Below are positions 53,473 through 63,089 of a stretch of 64,000 bases of DNA, piece after piece (within the stretch, counting starts at the first letter, position 1; the number at the start of each line of letters is the position of its first letter). Origin of the DNA: Candidatus Accumulibacter jenkinsii. Its GTDB lineage: Bacteria; Pseudomonadota; Gammaproteobacteria; Burkholderiales; Rhodocyclaceae. The stretch is from contig JAZKUF010000005.1 of the NCBI GenBank assembly GCA_036625225.1, forward strand, positions 35,553 through 99,552, given 5' to 3'. A program made the position numbers and the translations under genes. Below the pieces are notes generated by a model that saw only the letters and a list, made by a program, of their open reading frames with translations, was not told the origin of the DNA and did no database searches.

Positions 53473-54036
53473 TCAACTTTGGCCGGAATGATGATCAAGG
53501 CCGTCATGAAAGCGAATCTGGTTGCGCCCGGCTTCCTTGGCGCGATACATCGCCGCATCGGCTTCCCTGAGGATGTCGTCGGCGGTCAGTCGATGATCGA
53601 TGAAGAGGGCGATGCCGATGCTGGCCGTGCAATGGTGCTCGATCGTCGTCTCCGCCTGGCCTTCCCTCCCCAAGGTCAGCGCATAGGGGGCTGCCAGGCT
53701 GAGACGAATCTTGTCGGCCAGGTGCCGGGTGCGGAGCCGCGCTTCGGCTTCGTCTGCCGGCAGATCGCTGAGGAGGACGACGAACTCGTCGCCGCCGAAG
53801 CGCGCGACCGAGTCCATCGCGCGCACGTAGGCTTTCAGGCGAGTCGCCGCTTCGATCAGCAGCAGGTCTCCGGCCTCATGCCCATGCCTGTCATTGACCG
53901 GCTTGAAGTTGTCGAGATCGAGGAACATCAGCGCGCCATGTCCGCCGCTGCGCCGGCTTTCCGCCAGCCAGATGATGGATCCTTTCCTCGGCCTGCCGGC
54001 GTTCGGTTCTCCCGGGCCCGGAATGGACCGGGCCAT
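53473..54036 (-). pseudogene. GGDEF diguanylate-cyclase domain fragment lacking its N-terminal elements and any sensor domain
   Basis: 'FLDLDNFKPVNDRHGHEAGDLLL...RFGGDEFVVLL...SIGIALF...ADAAMYRAKEAGRNQ'. The usual 'D.LTGL.NRR' lead-in is absent. It abuts the stop of the upstream gene. Confidence 0.65.
53476..53502 (+). repeat. 27-bp direct repeat, copy 2 (partner 42469-42495)
   Basis: Overlaps the last codons and stop of the GGDEF fragment. Confidence 0.9.
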
Positions 54037-54048
54037 AAACCCTCTTCC

Positions 54049-54570
54049 CTACTTTACACGCCGGTAGTGGGCGGTCATGAACTCCTGCCACTTGCCGTCG
54101 TCGCCCAGGCAATGGGAGGTCAGGCTCCGGTGGTCGGCGGCTTTGATCTCGATGACGTCCTTGTACCGGGTCAGTTTCCCGGCAGTTGCTCCGGGCGACA
54201 TATCCGGCCCTTCGGCGTTGAGTGTCAAAACCTTTCCGCTCGAATCCAGTTCGCCTTCGTACAGCCACATGTGCGTCATCATCGAGCCGACCCAGGTCCC
54301 GATGTAGCGTTTCTTTGCCGGGTCGTAGCCGAGCGTCATCAGCATGGTCGCGCTGCCGCCCTCAGGCATCTCCCCTTGCCCCTCCGCGAGAATCCAGAGG
54401 CCTCCCAGGCTTCGCACGCTCTCGGTGCCCTTGCAGGTCTCCGCCGGCTGGGCCGCCATGGTCATCCGAGCCTCTGACGTCCATTCGCCGACGAGTTGCT
54501 GCAGCCAGCGGTGTTCCTCCTGGAGGGTTGGAGTTAGCGCTTGCCCGGCTGCTTGGGTTTGTGTATCCAT
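54049..54570 (-). CDS. DUF1579-family protein
   Basis: 'EHRWLQQLVGEWTSEARM...GGLWILAEGQGEMPEGG...MTLGYDPAKKRYIGTWVGSMMTHMWLYEGELD' is the DUF1579 pattern. Confidence 0.7.
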   Translation of the reverse strand: MDTQTQAAGQALTPTLQEEHRWLQQLVGEWTSEARMTMAAQPAETCKGTESVRSLGGLWILAEGQGEMPEGGSATMLMTLGYDPAKKRYIGTWVGSMMTHMWLYEGELDSSGKVLTLNAEGPDMSPGATAGKLTRYKDVIEIKAADHRSLTSHCLGDDGKWQEFMTAHYRRVK

Positions 54571-54830
54571 TGCTTTGTCTCCTTTCGCAAACAGGTGAGG
54601 TGGTAGCCTGCCATTGATCCTTGGAATCTCCCGACTGCCGGGAAGGATTCGTGGTCATTGGACACGAAGCCTGTTCAGTGATTCCGCCCGGTTTGAATGA
54701 AGGAAGGGTTGTCGTATCCCGCGGGAGCCCGGATCTCCAGACCGTGGGGTAGCGAACAGACCGGGTTTCTTGGCCTCGCTAGATTCGTTTCGCAAGCCGG
54801 TTGCTCAACCCCCTGGAAGAGGAGACACCC

Positions 54831-55265
54831 ATGATTGAAAAGACCGCCAGTGTTCATTGGGAAGGCCCAGGCAAGAAGGGGCAAGGAAGGATCAGCACCG
54901 AGACCGGTGCCCTGAATCAATACCCCTATGGTTTTGCCAACCGTTTCGAGGATGACCGGCGCGGCACCAACCCCGAGGAAATTCTCGCCGCAGCTCACGC
55001 TGCCTGCTTCACGATGGCGTTTTCGTTCGCCTGTGATAAAGCGGGGTGGGCGACTGCCGATGCGGATACCACGGCTACAGTACGCCTGGTCAGGCAAGGC
55101 GACGGTTTTGTCATCGACCGCATCGCACTGACCCTGCAGGCCACGGTTGCCGGGATTGACGAGGCGACCTTCCAGGAGATCGCCGCGGCTGCCAAGCGTG
55201 ACTGCCCGTTATCGCAGGCCCTGGCCAGCGTCGCGGAGATCAGCTTGCAAGCGACCTTGAAATAG
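54831..55265 (+). CDS. osmC: OsmC-family peroxiredoxin
   Basis: 'HWEGPGKKGQGRIS...NPEEILAAAHAACFTMAFSFAC'. RBS 'gaggag'. Confidence 0.85.
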   Translation: MIEKTASVHWEGPGKKGQGRISTETGALNQYPYGFANRFEDDRRGTNPEEILAAAHAACFTMAFSFACDKAGWATADADTTATVRLVRQGDGFVIDRIALTLQATVAGIDEATFQEIAAAAKRDCPLSQALASVAEISLQATLK

Positions 55266-55602
55266 AGTTTACGAATCACCGGCGGCGCTTTAGCCACCTC
55301 GCCGGGCCTCCGCACTCGCATGTCATCGCGAGGATGAGCAAAGTGGAGGGATGCAAGCCGAAACCCCGGAAAATTCCGTGAGAGGGCTTTCGGCTTCTTC
55401 CTGAACTTTAGCGGCATGTGAAGTTCGCATCGCCGGATCCTTTAGTTCGACGGCGATCCCGCAAACTTTTTCGTTCTTTCCACACTTTGCCGGAAGGACA
55501 CGGAGAACACGGGCCTGGCAGCAACGAGTCTGCCGGGAAGCGCAAGTCCGGGCGGATCCGAAAAGCCGACCCCTGGGTTCGAGCAGTATTCCCAGACAGC
55601 CT

Positions 55603-57030
55603 CTAAACGAGGTCTGCCGCCGAGGTCGACAGGCTTCCCGGCGGGACCCGCGCAAGGCGGCGTTCGACGGTCGGCAATCGCATGAGGTTGCGATACTTCG
55701 AGACGGTGCGGCGAGCGACCTGCAGGCCCTGCTCGCCGAGCAGATCGGCAAGCCGGGCGTCGGACAGGGGTTGATGGGGGTCTTCGTGGGCGATGAGTTC
55801 CTTGAGCACGGCCCGCACCGCGGTTGCGGAGTACGAGCTGCCACCGGAGGTGACCAGCTCCTGCGAAAAGAAGCGCCGGAACTCAAAGACGCCACTCGGC
55901 GTTGCCATGTATTTACCGCTTACCGTTCGGCACACCGTCGATTCGTGCAGAGCCAGCTCGGCGGCGATCTGCTTCATGGTCAGCGGTCTCATGGCCACGT
56001 CGCCATATTCGAGGAATCGCTTCTGCCGGGTGACTATCGCTTCGGCAACGCGCTGGATGGTCGCCGAGCGTTGTCCCAGGCTGCGCATCAGCCAGCGGGC
56101 TTCCTGTAGTTGCTGGGACAGCTGCGTGCCGGCGTAGGATCGGCTCGAAATCACTGCAGCATAGGCGTGATTGACCCGGATGCGAGGCAGCGCGGATGGG
56201 TTGAGGGTGACGCTCCAGTGGCCGCCGGCCTTGCCGACAATGACGTCGGGAACGACATAGCGGGTCTTGTCGGCGCCGTAGCGATCACCCGGCCGGGGCT
56301 CCAGCGAGCGGATCAGCTTGAGCGCGGCGCTCACCTCGGCCTCGCTGCAGCCGATGGCCTGCTGCAGTTTGGCAAACTCGCAGCGGGCGAGCTGCGGCAG
56401 GAACTGGCGGACGATCGCGCGCGCTGCGGGCAGGCCGGGTGTCTCATCGGGCAGGCCGGCGAGCTGCAATTGCAGGCACTCATCGAGCGAGCGGGCCGCA
56501 ATGCCGGCAGGTTCCAGCGTCTGAACCAGGCGCAGGATCGCGCCCAGTTCGTCGACCGTGACCTCATGTGCGTCGGGGACAAGGGCAAGCAGTTCTGCCA
56601 GATCGATTCTCAGATAACCGTCATCGTCGAGTGTGTCGATCAGCAGGAGGGCCAGGGCCCGCTCGCGATCGGGCATCTGCGAGAGCAGCAACTGGCCGCG
56701 CAGGTGGTCGCGCAAGCTCGTCTCGGCTTCGGTCCACTCGCTCCAGTCGGTGTCCTCGTCATGCGGCCCGCTGACGCGCGTAAAACTGTCCACACTGCGG
56801 TCACGGTCGTCGGCGTCGTCGGGGATCGAGGTTTCAACCGCTTCTTGCTGCCGTTCACCAGCCAACCTGCTCACCGCGTCCGGGTCTTCCTCGAGTAAAG
56901 GGTTGGTCGCCAGGACCCGTTCCAGTTCTTCATCGAGCTCGAACGCCGAGAGCTGAAGCAGACGCAGCGCCTGTTGCAACTGCGGGGTGATCGCCAGCTG
57001 CTGGCGCATCCCCAGTTCGATACCATTCAT
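55603..57030 (-). CDS. rpoN: RNA polymerase sigma-54 factor
   Basis: N-terminal 'LAITPQLQQALRLLQLS' and RpoN box 'ARRTVSKYR'. The start is ambiguous between 57036 and 57030 (SD 'ggagg'). Confidence 0.9.
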   Translation of the reverse strand: MNGIELGMRQQLAITPQLQQALRLLQLSAFELDEELERVLATNPLLEEDPDAVSRLAGERQQEAVETSIPDDADDRDRSVDSFTRVSGPHDEDTDWSEWTEAETSLRDHLRGQLLLSQMPDRERALALLLIDTLDDDGYLRIDLAELLALVPDAHEVTVDELGAILRLVQTLEPAGIAARSLDECLQLQLAGLPDETPGLPAARAIVRQFLPQLARCEFAKLQQAIGCSEAEVSAALKLIRSLEPRPGDRYGADKTRYVVPDVIVGKAGGHWSVTLNPSALPRIRVNHAYAAVISSRSYAGTQLSQQLQEARWLMRSLGQRSATIQRVAEAIVTRQKRFLEYGDVAMRPLTMKQIAAELALHESTVCRTVSGKYMATPSGVFEFRRFFSQELVTSGGSSYSATAVRAVLKELIAHEDPHQPLSDARLADLLGEQGLQVARRTVSKYRNLMRLPTVERRLARVPPGSLSTSAADLV

Positions 57031-57164
57031 CCTCATCACCTCCATGTGCTCACGCCGGCCTGCGGCGCGATGCACCATGCCTTTGTTCCTGTTTGCAGCA
57101 ATAGTCGTGCCGGGCGGCCTTGCCTACCCCACTTCAATGACCGAGAGAGGGATCGAGCGCGCCT

Positions 57165-59402
57165 CTAGAGAGGAAGCGCGTTGACCGGGAGTTCTATCGA
57201 GGGTCGCTGGCCGGGGCGGCGCAGCGCGTCGACGAAGCGGCCGAGGGCCGAGTCGAAGCTCGGCATGAGGCTGCCCCGGCGGCTGCCGAGCGTGCTGTTG
57301 GCCGGTCGCAGGGCGATCCAGCCGGCTTCGGCCGGCGCCGCCGGGCGAATCAGGCCTTGCGCTGTGCCGCAGACGCTCGACAGCTCGCGGGCGAACTCAT
57401 ACCAGCTCAGGCGACCGGGATTGGTGAGGTGCCAGATGCCGCTCTCCCCGTCGATCAACAGGTCGAGGGTGTGGTGCACCAGATCGGGGACATAGGTGGG
57501 CGAGAGGGTGACCTGGTCTACCGCCGCCACTTCATTGCCCGCCTGTAGCCTGGCCAGGGTCCGGGTGGCGAAGTTGTCGCGATCCCAGGGTCCGAAAATG
57601 GCGCTGGTGCGAATGATCAGGGTGTCCGGATGCCGGGCCAGCACCGATTGCTCCGCCATTGCCTTGCTGTGGCCGTACACATTGAGCGGGGCCACCGGGT
57701 CGATCTCAAGATAAGGGCCGGTCTTCTCGCCATCGAACACGAGATCGCTGGAAAAGGTGACCATAGGAATGCCCATTTCGGCGCAGGCGTCGGCAAGTTT
57801 TTCCGGGCCGGTGCAGTTGTCCCGCCAGCAGCGGGCGGTCTCCCGTTCGGCAAGGTCTACATCGACACAGCCGGCGGCGTTGATCACCGCCCACGGCCGT
57901 AAGCGGGTCAGGACATGAAAGACCGCGAGCGGGTCGGCGATATCCAGGGTCTCGCGCCCGAGCAGGTGATGCGGCAAGGCGCGCGCGATGCAGGCGCGCG
58001 CCAGCGCCTGGCCAAGGGTGCCGCGACCGCCGACGATGAGCAACCCTCTTGGCTTGCCGGTCGACTGCGGTGGTGCCGGCGGCGGCGCGCCGGGGCGGCA
58101 AAGCACCGGCGGATAGTGCAGGCGGTCAGGGCGGTGCCACCAGCCCGGCGAATCAAGGACGGGATGGTCGCAATGCCCGTTCGTGGCAAGGTCGCGCAGC
58201 AGCCCGACCATCGCCGTCGGTCGCGGGCAAGGGGCGCGGATATCGAAGACGCCGGCTTCGTAGATCCCTGCCGGGCGGGTCAGCACGCTGTTCCAGTCGG
58301 TGGCGCCGAACAACGACCAGGCGGTGACCGCCCGGATATCGATGCCTTCAGCCTGGAGCCGCAGCGCCGTTGCCCACACCTCCGCGAACCAGCGCATCTG
58401 TTCATCCCGGCTGCAGCCGTTATGGACTTCGGTCACCGCCAGGGGCAGCCGGTAGCGTTGCCACGCTTCCCGGAGGACGCCTGCCGGCCCGGCGCAGCCG
58501 TCGGCGACCACCCGCTGCGCTTCGACGTCGGCGTAGCGATGGCGGCCGTTGCCACCCTGGCGTTGCGGCGCGTAGTGATGCAGCCGATGATCGAGAAAAC
58601 GTTCGCTGGTCAGGTAGTGGTTGATGCCGATGAGATCGGGCGGGCAAGGCCTCAGCAGCCAGTCTTCAAGTTCATCCCTGCTGACCTCATGCTGCAGCAG
58701 ATAGTCGCGCAGCGGATGCTCGGCGCCGACGCGACCGGTCAGCAGATCCCAGGTCAGCCAGCGCCGATGGTTTTCGAAATCCGCCTGATACCGGAGCTTC
58801 GGTGTCGCCCAGGTGCAACCCAGATCGTCGGTCTGGATCAGGCGCGCAGCGGGGTTGACCGCCCGGATGGCGGCCATCGCGAGGCGGGTGCCAGCCAGCT
58901 GATTGAGCAGCAGGCGCAGGAAAACGGTCGTATTGCGGGCATGCGGATACCAGTGGCCGTAAAGGCCGCTGAAACGAGCCGTGGTGAGCGGCTCGTTCAC
59001 CGGCGTGTAATCCTCTACCCAGGGATAACGCTCCGCGACGCGGGCGGCAAAGTCGGCCAGCCCGCGGGCAAACCCCGGATCCGCGAGGCTGGTGTAGGCC
59101 GGGCCGCTGCCGTGGTGCACGAGGCCGACGATCGGCCGGATGCCGAGCTCGCGCAGGCGGGACAGGCGTTGGTCGGTCCACGACCAGTCGCAGGCTGCCG
59201 GCTGCCCGGGTGCCACCCGCTCCCAGAGCACCGGATAGCGCAGCGACTTCAGCCCCAGGCCGGCAAACAGGTCGAGGTCGGCGTGCCGCTCCTGGTGCCC
59301 GGTGGATCCCAGCTGATCGGTATAGCGGTCGCCGACGCGGGCGACCGTACACTCGACCCCTCCCCACAGCTCAACCGATGGCAAGCTTTTTGACCTGTCC
59401 AT
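57165..59402 (-). CDS. Fusion protein: GH1-like (TIM-barrel glycosidase-like) N-terminal domain + RmlD-like NAD(P)-dependent sugar reductase C-terminal domain
   Basis: N-terminal 'ELWGGVECTVARVGDRY..DQL..TGH..R..DLDL...LG...LRYPVLWE'. C-terminal 'LLIVGGRGTLGQALARAC' Rossmann motif and RmlD-like remainder. Confidence 0.65.
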   Translation of the reverse strand: MDRSKSLPSVELWGGVECTVARVGDRYTDQLGSTGHQERHADLDLFAGLGLKSLRYPVLWERVAPGQPAACDWSWTDQRLSRLRELGIRPIVGLVHHGSGPAYTSLADPGFARGLADFAARVAERYPWVEDYTPVNEPLTTARFSGLYGHWYPHARNTTVFLRLLLNQLAGTRLAMAAIRAVNPAARLIQTDDLGCTWATPKLRYQADFENHRRWLTWDLLTGRVGAEHPLRDYLLQHEVSRDELEDWLLRPCPPDLIGINHYLTSERFLDHRLHHYAPQRQGGNGRHRYADVEAQRVVADGCAGPAGVLREAWQRYRLPLAVTEVHNGCSRDEQMRWFAEVWATALRLQAEGIDIRAVTAWSLFGATDWNSVLTRPAGIYEAGVFDIRAPCPRPTAMVGLLRDLATNGHCDHPVLDSPGWWHRPDRLHYPPVLCRPGAPPPAPPQSTGKPRGLLIVGGRGTLGQALARACIARALPHHLLGRETLDIADPLAVFHVLTRLRPWAVINAAGCVDVDLAERETARCWRDNCTGPEKLADACAEMGIPMVTFSSDLVFDGEKTGPYLEIDPVAPLNVYGHSKAMAEQSVLARHPDTLIIRTSAIFGPWDRDNFATRTLARLQAGNEVAAVDQVTLSPTYVPDLVHHTLDLLIDGESGIWHLTNPGRLSWYEFARELSSVCGTAQGLIRPAAPAEAGWIALRPANSTLGSRRGSLMPSFDSALGRFVDALRRPGQRPSIELPVNALPL

Positions 59403-61722
59403 CCTGTTCCGCCACGCCGTCGAGTCCGCACAGGCGCTGATAGAGCGTGAGCGCCTGACCTACCACCTGATCCATGTTGTAGTAACGGTAGGTGGCCAGC
59501 CGGCCAACGAACCAGACGCCCGGCGTGTCGTTTGCCAGAGCCTGGTATTTCTTGAACAGGAGGGCGTTTTCCGGGTTGGGCACCGGGTAGTAGGGATCGC
59601 CCTCGTCAGCGGGGAATTCCAGCGAGATGCTGGTCTGGCGGTTGGCCTGCCCGGTGAGGTGCTTGTACTCGGTGATCCGCGTGTAGAGGATGTTCGCAGA
59701 GGGGTAATTGACCACTGCCACCGGCTGGAACCGGGAACGATTCAGGGTCACGTGGCGAAATTGCAGCGAACGGTAAGGCAAGGGTCCGAAACGATAGTCA
59801 AAGAACTCGTCTACCGGCCCGCTGTAGATCATCCGTTCATGGCGGATGCCTTTGGTGATTTCCCGATAGTCGGTGTTCAGCATCAGCTTGATATTCCGAT
59901 GATCGAGCAGGTTCTCGAAAAGGCGGGAATAGCCACACTTCGGCATCGCCTGGTACACATCCCCGAAGTAACGGTCGTCGGTATTCGTCCGCGTCGGGAT
60001 GCGGGCGGTAACCGATTTGTCGAGCTGCGAGGGGTCGACTCCCCATTGCTTGCGCGTATAGCCCTCGAAGAATTTCTCGTAGAGATCCTTGCCGACCGTC
60101 GCCATCACCACATCCCGGGCGGTGCGCAGGGTCAGCGGCGCTTCGGCACGCTGGGCGAGGAAGGCCGCCATGTCGCTGGACGAGAGATTGAGGCCATAGA
60201 GGCGGTTGATCGTCGTCAGGTTGATCGGCATCGGCAGCATCTTTCCGTCGACGTAGGCGAGAACGCGGTGCTGGTAAGGCCGCCAGGCGGTGAAGCGGGA
60301 AAGATAATCCCAGATGCGCTCGGAGTTGGTATGGAAGATGTGGGGTCCGTAGCGGTGCACCAGAATCCCGGCGTCGTTGTAACAGTCGTAGGCATTGCCA
60401 CCGATATGGGGCCGCCGGTCAACCACCAGCACCCGCTTGTTCGACCCGGCGGCCAGGCGCTCGGCGAGGACGGCGCCGGCGAAACCGGCGCCGACGATCA
60501 GGTAGTCGAACGGGCGCCCCCGGACCGGCAGCAAATGGCCTGCGCTCTGGCGCTCAGGCGGCACCGCCCGGCGGTGTAGCGCTTCATCGATGCGCGACAC
60601 CATGCCCTCCCAGGTATGGTCCCAGGAAGAGCTGGCGAGCGCCGCATCTACCTGGGCGAGCCAGCCACTCGCTTGAGCGCTTTCCCGGTCGGCAAGGATC
60701 TGGCCGATTTTTGCGGCAAAGCCGGCGGCGTCCTCGGCAATTGCGACCAGACCCTTGTTGCCATAGTCGTGAACGACATCGGCAATCGGCGTGGAGACCA
60801 CCGGGCGTCCGGCCGCCAGATACTCGGGGGTCTTGGTCGGGCTGATGAAGCGGGTCGCCCGGTTAATCGCAAAAGGCATCAGGGCGACATCCCAACTGGC
60901 CATGTAGAGCGGCAGCTCGTCGTATTTCTTGCCGCCCAGGTAGTGGATGTTGGCGGCTCCGGGCAGGGCCTGCGGATCGATCTTCACCACCGGACCGAGC
61001 AGGACGAGATGCCAGTCCGGACGCAGGCCGGCGAGTTCGCTGATCAGCCCGAGATCGAGCCGCTCGTCGATGACGCCGCAGAAACCCAAGCGTGGATGCG
61101 GAATCGAGCGCTGCTCAAGTGGCTCGACGAGCTTGCCGCGGGCGGTCCGGAAATGTTCGGCGTCGACGCTGCTCGGAAAGGCATGCACATTGCCGTGCAA
61201 CTTGCGCTTGACGTCGAAGAGACTGCGGCCGCCGGTGAACACCACGTCGGCGCAGCTCAGCAGTCGCCGCTCCATGCTCTGCAACTGGCGCGGGGCGCCG
61301 AGAAAGCCGGTCAGGTCGTCCATGCAATCGTAGACGGTGATCGCCCGCGCGAGGTGATCGGAGAAAGCGAGGCTCATTGGCGTGTAATACCAGAGAAGCA
61401 GGCGCTCGATTCCCATCTGACCGATCAGGCAATCGAGCAGCACCCGCTGCGCGTCGACCGTTCCCGCGTCGTCGAGACCGGGGGGCAGGCAGGGGACGGC
61501 GACGCTGACCTTGCCCTCCTTTCGCAGGTCGAGGCGCGGCACTTCGGCATCGACGTCAATGATCGGTTCCTCGAAAAAGAAGACCGGCAGCGAGTCGGCG
61601 AAGCGGCTCATGAGGTGTTGCGGGCGCTGGAAGACAAAGGCCCAGCGTAAATGCGACAGGCACAGGACGGCGTCGCAGGCGACAAGACATGAAGTCAGGG
61701 AAGTCATCGAGCGGTGGTTCAT
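59371..61722 (-). CDS. glf: Fusion protein: glycosyltransferase (N) + UDP-galactopyranose mutase (C)
   Basis: UGM part: 'DYLIVGAGFAGAVLAERLA', 'GGNAYDCYNDAGILVHRYGPHIFHTN', 'GRLATYRYYNMDQ'. Start chosen at 'MNHRSM' (61722); the ORF is open further upstream. Confidence 0.75.
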   Translation of the reverse strand: MNHRSMTSLTSCLVACDAVLCLSHLRWAFVFQRPQHLMSRFADSLPVFFFEEPIIDVDAEVPRLDLRKEGKVSVAVPCLPPGLDDAGTVDAQRVLLDCLIGQMGIERLLLWYYTPMSLAFSDHLARAITVYDCMDDLTGFLGAPRQLQSMERRLLSCADVVFTGGRSLFDVKRKLHGNVHAFPSSVDAEHFRTARGKLVEPLEQRSIPHPRLGFCGVIDERLDLGLISELAGLRPDWHLVLLGPVVKIDPQALPGAANIHYLGGKKYDELPLYMASWDVALMPFAINRATRFISPTKTPEYLAAGRPVVSTPIADVVHDYGNKGLVAIAEDAAGFAAKIGQILADRESAQASGWLAQVDAALASSSWDHTWEGMVSRIDEALHRRAVPPERQSAGHLLPVRGRPFDYLIVGAGFAGAVLAERLAAGSNKRVLVVDRRPHIGGNAYDCYNDAGILVHRYGPHIFHTNSERIWDYLSRFTAWRPYQHRVLAYVDGKMLPMPINLTTINRLYGLNLSSSDMAAFLAQRAEAPLTLRTARDVVMATVGKDLYEKFFEGYTRKQWGVDPSQLDKSVTARIPTRTNTDDRYFGDVYQAMPKCGYSRLFENLLDHRNIKLMLNTDYREITKGIRHERMIYSGPVDEFFDYRFGPLPYRSLQFRHVTLNRSRFQPVAVVNYPSANILYTRITEYKHLTGQANRQTSISLEFPADEGDPYYPVPNPENALLFKKYQALANDTPGVWFVGRLATYRYYNMDQVVGQALTLYQRLCGLDGVAEQDGQVKKLAIG

Positions 61723-62008
61723 GGGGCCCTCGCTTTGCTGTTGGAAAGCAGAAAACTGGTCCAGTCGAGAAGACATCGTCCATTGAAAAGCAAGCGACAT
61801 GCCACGCCTTCGATCGCTTGCGGGAAGCGTCGCAGCGCTTCCTGAGCGGCAAAAAGGGGCAGCCCGAGAGTAAAAATTTCCGCTTCTCGGCGCTTTGCCG
61901 GCGCCTTCCCTGAGCGGCCACACCGGGGCTTCGGCCTGCCGATCGCGCGCAGCGAGGGCGTACAGCGGGGGCGTAGCCAGATCGCCTCGTGCGCGTCTGC
62001 GTCTCCGC

Positions 62009-63076
62009 CTACGGCACCAGCTGGCGTCCCGAGAAACCCTGCCGGGCATAGGCCTCGAGCACGTCGGCGGCAATTTCGGCGAGGGCCTGCGGAGGACAGA
62101 GCGCGACGCAGGCGCCGCCGAAACCGGCGCCGGTCAGGCGCGCGCCATAAACCGCAGGCGTCGCCTGCAGCAGTGCGACCAGCGTGTCGAGTGCCGGCAG
62201 CGAGACTTCGTAGTCATCGCGCAGGCTGCTATGCGAGGCGTTCATCAAGGCCCCGAAAGTGGCGGCATTAGGGCCTGTGATGGCCTGCAAAACGCGCGCA
62301 TTCTCGCTGACGACATGCCGGGCGCGGTGGCGCAGGGGGACCGGCAAGGCCTCAAGAGTCGCCGCATCGACGACGTCGCGCAGCGCGCCGAGGCCCAGGA
62401 GACGCGCGGCCGCTTCGCATTGTGCACGGCGCTCGTTGTAGCCACTCTGCGCGAGCGAACGCGGCACGCCGGAGTCGAGGACCAGCACGGCGCTGTCGGC
62501 CGGCAACGCGACGAGCCGGCTGGCGAGCGTGCGCGTGTCGATGAAAAGCGCCTGCGTCGTGCCGGCGAGGCTCGACGCCAGCTGATCCATGATGCCGCAG
62601 GCGACGCCGGCATGCCGGATCTCGGCCGCCTGCGCGAGCTGCGCGATGTGCAGGTCGTCGAGCGCGAGGCCGAGGAGTCGGCGCAGCGCGCGCAGGGTGG
62701 CGACCTCGAGCGCGGCGCTCGACGAGAGGCCGACCCCCATCGGCACGTCGGAGTGCACATGGATGTCGAGCGCCGGTACCGGCACCCCCGCGGCACGCGC
62801 TTCGACCAGGCAACCATAGACGTAGGAGGCGAAATGTTCGGCCGGCGGTTGGCTAAGGGAGAATGTCAGGCAGCGGTCGAAAGTGCTGCTGTAGAGGGCA
62901 GACCGTTCACCCGGCCGGCGGCGCAGGGTCACCGTCGTGTGTTTGGCGATGGCGATGGGCAAGACAAAGCCGTCGTTGTAGTCGGTGTGCTCGCCGAGCA
63001 GGTTGACCCGGCCGGGCGCCTCGGCCATCGCTTCGCCCGCTTCTCCGAAGACGTCGGCAAAGGTTCTCGTCGGCAT
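62009..63076 (-). CDS. galK: Galactokinase
   Basis: 'GRVNLLGEHTDYNDGFVLPIAI' signature, 'GVGLSSSAALEVA', 'GAGFGG'. Confidence 0.85.
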   Translation of the reverse strand: MPTRTFADVFGEAGEAMAEAPGRVNLLGEHTDYNDGFVLPIAIAKHTTVTLRRRPGERSALYSSTFDRCLTFSLSQPPAEHFASYVYGCLVEARAAGVPVPALDIHVHSDVPMGVGLSSSAALEVATLRALRRLLGLALDDLHIAQLAQAAEIRHAGVACGIMDQLASSLAGTTQALFIDTRTLASRLVALPADSAVLVLDSGVPRSLAQSGYNERRAQCEAAARLLGLGALRDVVDAATLEALPVPLRHRARHVVSENARVLQAITGPNAATFGALMNASHSSLRDDYEVSLPALDTLVALLQATPAVYGARLTGAGFGGACVALCPPQALAEIAADVLEAYARQGFSGRQLVP

Positions 63077-63089
63077 CGCCAGGGGCCGG

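Noticed and set aside
53398-54477. 359-aa plus-strand ORF.
   Set aside because: It is antisense to the GGDEF fragment and the DUF1579 gene, both of which have diagnostic motifs.
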